The notes under the pieces are model-generated. The model had not been told where the DNA came from, made no database searches, and worked only from the letters and a program-made list of their open reading frames with translations. Both the position numbers and the translations under genes were made by a program. From positions 2,046,001 to 2,110,000 of the forward strand of contig MU058444.1 of NCBI GenBank assembly GCA_013265495.1: a stretch of DNA of 64,000 bases, written 5' to 3'. The stretch comes from Vicugna vicugna. Its lineage: Eukaryota. Below are positions 61,976-64,000 of the stretch, one piece after another (position 1 is the stretch's first letter; each line of letters starts with the position of its first letter).

Positions 61976-64000
61976 TTGTTCCATCGAACTGTCTCCAGAA
62001 GCCATTTCTTTTGACCCTGAAACACATTCCAGATGGTCTGGAGATTCAGGGCACGGATCCCCCAGCCTCTTATCTCCCGGCTGTGCTGATGCACCAACAG
62101 GAGGGTTTCCTGGCCCACTTCCTCTCACATTTTGTAAATGAAGGGGGCACTGGTTTCCTCCCTTGCTTGGAAGACCATCAGGTATGTGTGGCTTCTCATC
62201 CACCATCTCGGAACCAGTGGGTGATTTTTGATTCACGTCTCCAAACTGTTCTACTCTCTCTGAATATCCATCCACAAGCAGCGTGGAGAAAATACTTTCA
62301 AGGTGCGGTGGCAGCCCTGTAGATGTAACACCTCTTTCCTCTGGTTCGCACTCCATCTGAGTCAATTCTTTCATCAGTTCAAACGCTCCTGGCGTTTTCT
62401 GGCCACACTGATTTTGCTTAAGCACGCCAAGCAGCAGCTCCGACTTCAGATCTGCGGTCCAGCTGGGATCATCTCTGCTCCCTGTTTTTAGTTCTGGCGA
62501 GTTATTCATGGGGGACACGACAGAACAGTCCCTGGTTTCAGAGTCGCCAGGAACATCAGATGCTTCGTTTATCAACTGTGCTCTGCTAACCCTTTTCATT
62601 AAGTTATTTATTAAAATTTTAGTATCTGCATGGGCTGAAGGGTCTCCAGCCTCTTGAGGATTCCCATGACCATCTCTCAGTCGATCTTGTAAGATATCCT
62701 TCATGTCCTCAACAAACACTGGAGACAGCTCAGGACTCGGAACCTCGTTTTCCTGGGGTCCTAGAGACGAGGCTCGTTCCGTTCTTGGTTGCTGGGCAAT
62801 TATTTCTTCCTCACTGTTAATTTCTAAAGATGAGCAGCCGGTGCTTAAGGTGTCCCTGGAGTTGCTATTTATTATTCCATTTGCGCCAAGTCCTGACGGC
62901 ACGGAATCAGCATGCTTCCTGAAGCCTTCCACACTTCCGAGAGGTAAGACTGAAGACGTGCTTTCATCAATTTCTGGTGTGAACTCGGGAATTCCTGTTC
63001 CTCCTTCTGAGACGTTTTCTTTAGTACAAAGATCCTTCCATTGGACCATCTCATTCAGGGGAGAGGCTTCTTGGGCGAGAGCTGCCTTCTCTTTGGCATC
63101 CTTAACTCCTAACTGTAAGTGATCCTTTGTGGGAGGGGAAGCTATTGGAAAACAGCCTGGGGCATCTTCATTTGGTTTCCATCCAGCTTCTGCTTTTACA
63201 TTTCGAGCACAGTGTTTTAAAAAAGCAAACAGATCCAGCTCTTCCTCAGGTCCATCAGTGAATGAATCTTTCTCAATACTTGGAGACCCTTCAGACACCG
63301 TGACGTCTGGAGCAATCTCATCGCTGATCCCATGGGAAGCTGCTGACTCAAATATTTCTTCAAGATTCTCAAACTGAACGGGACTTTGACTGACTACTGT
63401 TGGCAGATTCTTTGGTTCATCTTCAAGGGCCACTGTCGCTTTTTTGAGGCTTCCTTTCTGATGTTCGCTCTCTGTGAGCTGCGGGTGTAGAAACTGACTG
63501 CTGACTAAATCAAGGCTCTCTCTTGTGCTTTCCCTGGGCAAAGGTTGGAGATATTTATCATCTTCTACAGGACCTTCTAAAAGCACTTCTCCTTTATCCG
63601 TGCCCATTTTACGAATCGAGGCTTCCTCTTCCATCAGGGTACCGGTCTTGTCATCGCTCTCTCTAATCGGATCTCCTCCATTTCCGTGATGACCTCTGCC
63701 AGTTACAGAGACTGTGGGTGACAAATGGCCTTCCTCAGCACGGTTTCCTAGGAAACCGGGCTCAGGACAAACGATTTCATCAGAAGATGGGTCAGTCACA
63801 AGTGGCACCTTCTCAAAATCTGGACTGCTGCCTTTTACAGACTCCGCAGAGCCTGGAGCTCGAGTCAACTTAACCCCCGTGTTCTTCCGATCACCATCCA
63901 GCCCCGAAGCTAAACGTCGGACACCGACGGGGCCAGAGGTGTTTTCCGACTCAGCAGCCTTCACAACAGGCAGCAGTGTATCCTTAAGGACCATCTCATG
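61976..64000 (-). CDS. DST: Dystonin large isoform-b-type exon, 3' part (continues beyond the window)
   Basis: Open frame of at least 675 aa, acidic and disordered-looking, ending ...SSMEQ|gtaagt (phase 0). It joins in frame to the next recognisable DST exon. Confidence 0.9.

Overview
This window is mammalian genomic DNA. About 11 copies of a tRNA-derived SINE resembling camelid Vic-1 suggest alpaca or camel. The whole window lies inside the dystonin gene (DST/BPAG1), on the minus strand. I can place 30 coding exons, with splice phases matching at all 29 junctions between them. They run from the end of the large muscle-isoform (BPAG1b-type) exon (>64000-61976), through the spectrin-repeat rod, to an exon at ~3398-3204. 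Introns contain SINEs, L1 3' fragments, MIR/L2 and hAT (MER5A/MER33-like) fossils, and a 3'-truncated U2 snRNA retrocopy. The main finding is in the ~11.8-kb intron 14432-26251. An intragenic CpG island (~19600-20300) sits upstream of an uninterrupted 439-aa sense-strand ORF (18663-17344). Its start, MGKPLSRPDCLR, resembles the N-terminus of KIAA0754, the ORF nested in the paralogue MACF1. The ORF has a strong Kozak context, an N-myristoylation motif and an in-frame phase-0 donor that fits the next DST exon. It could therefore make either a stand-alone protein or a short, membrane-targeted dystonin isoform. Other oddities are an apparently missing splice donor at the last exon, a GC-AG intron, a candidate 24-nt microexon, a strongly GC-shifted exon, two CTCF sites with upstream motifs, and several unusual retrotransposition structures. 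Homology calls come from recalled sequences; no database searches were run.
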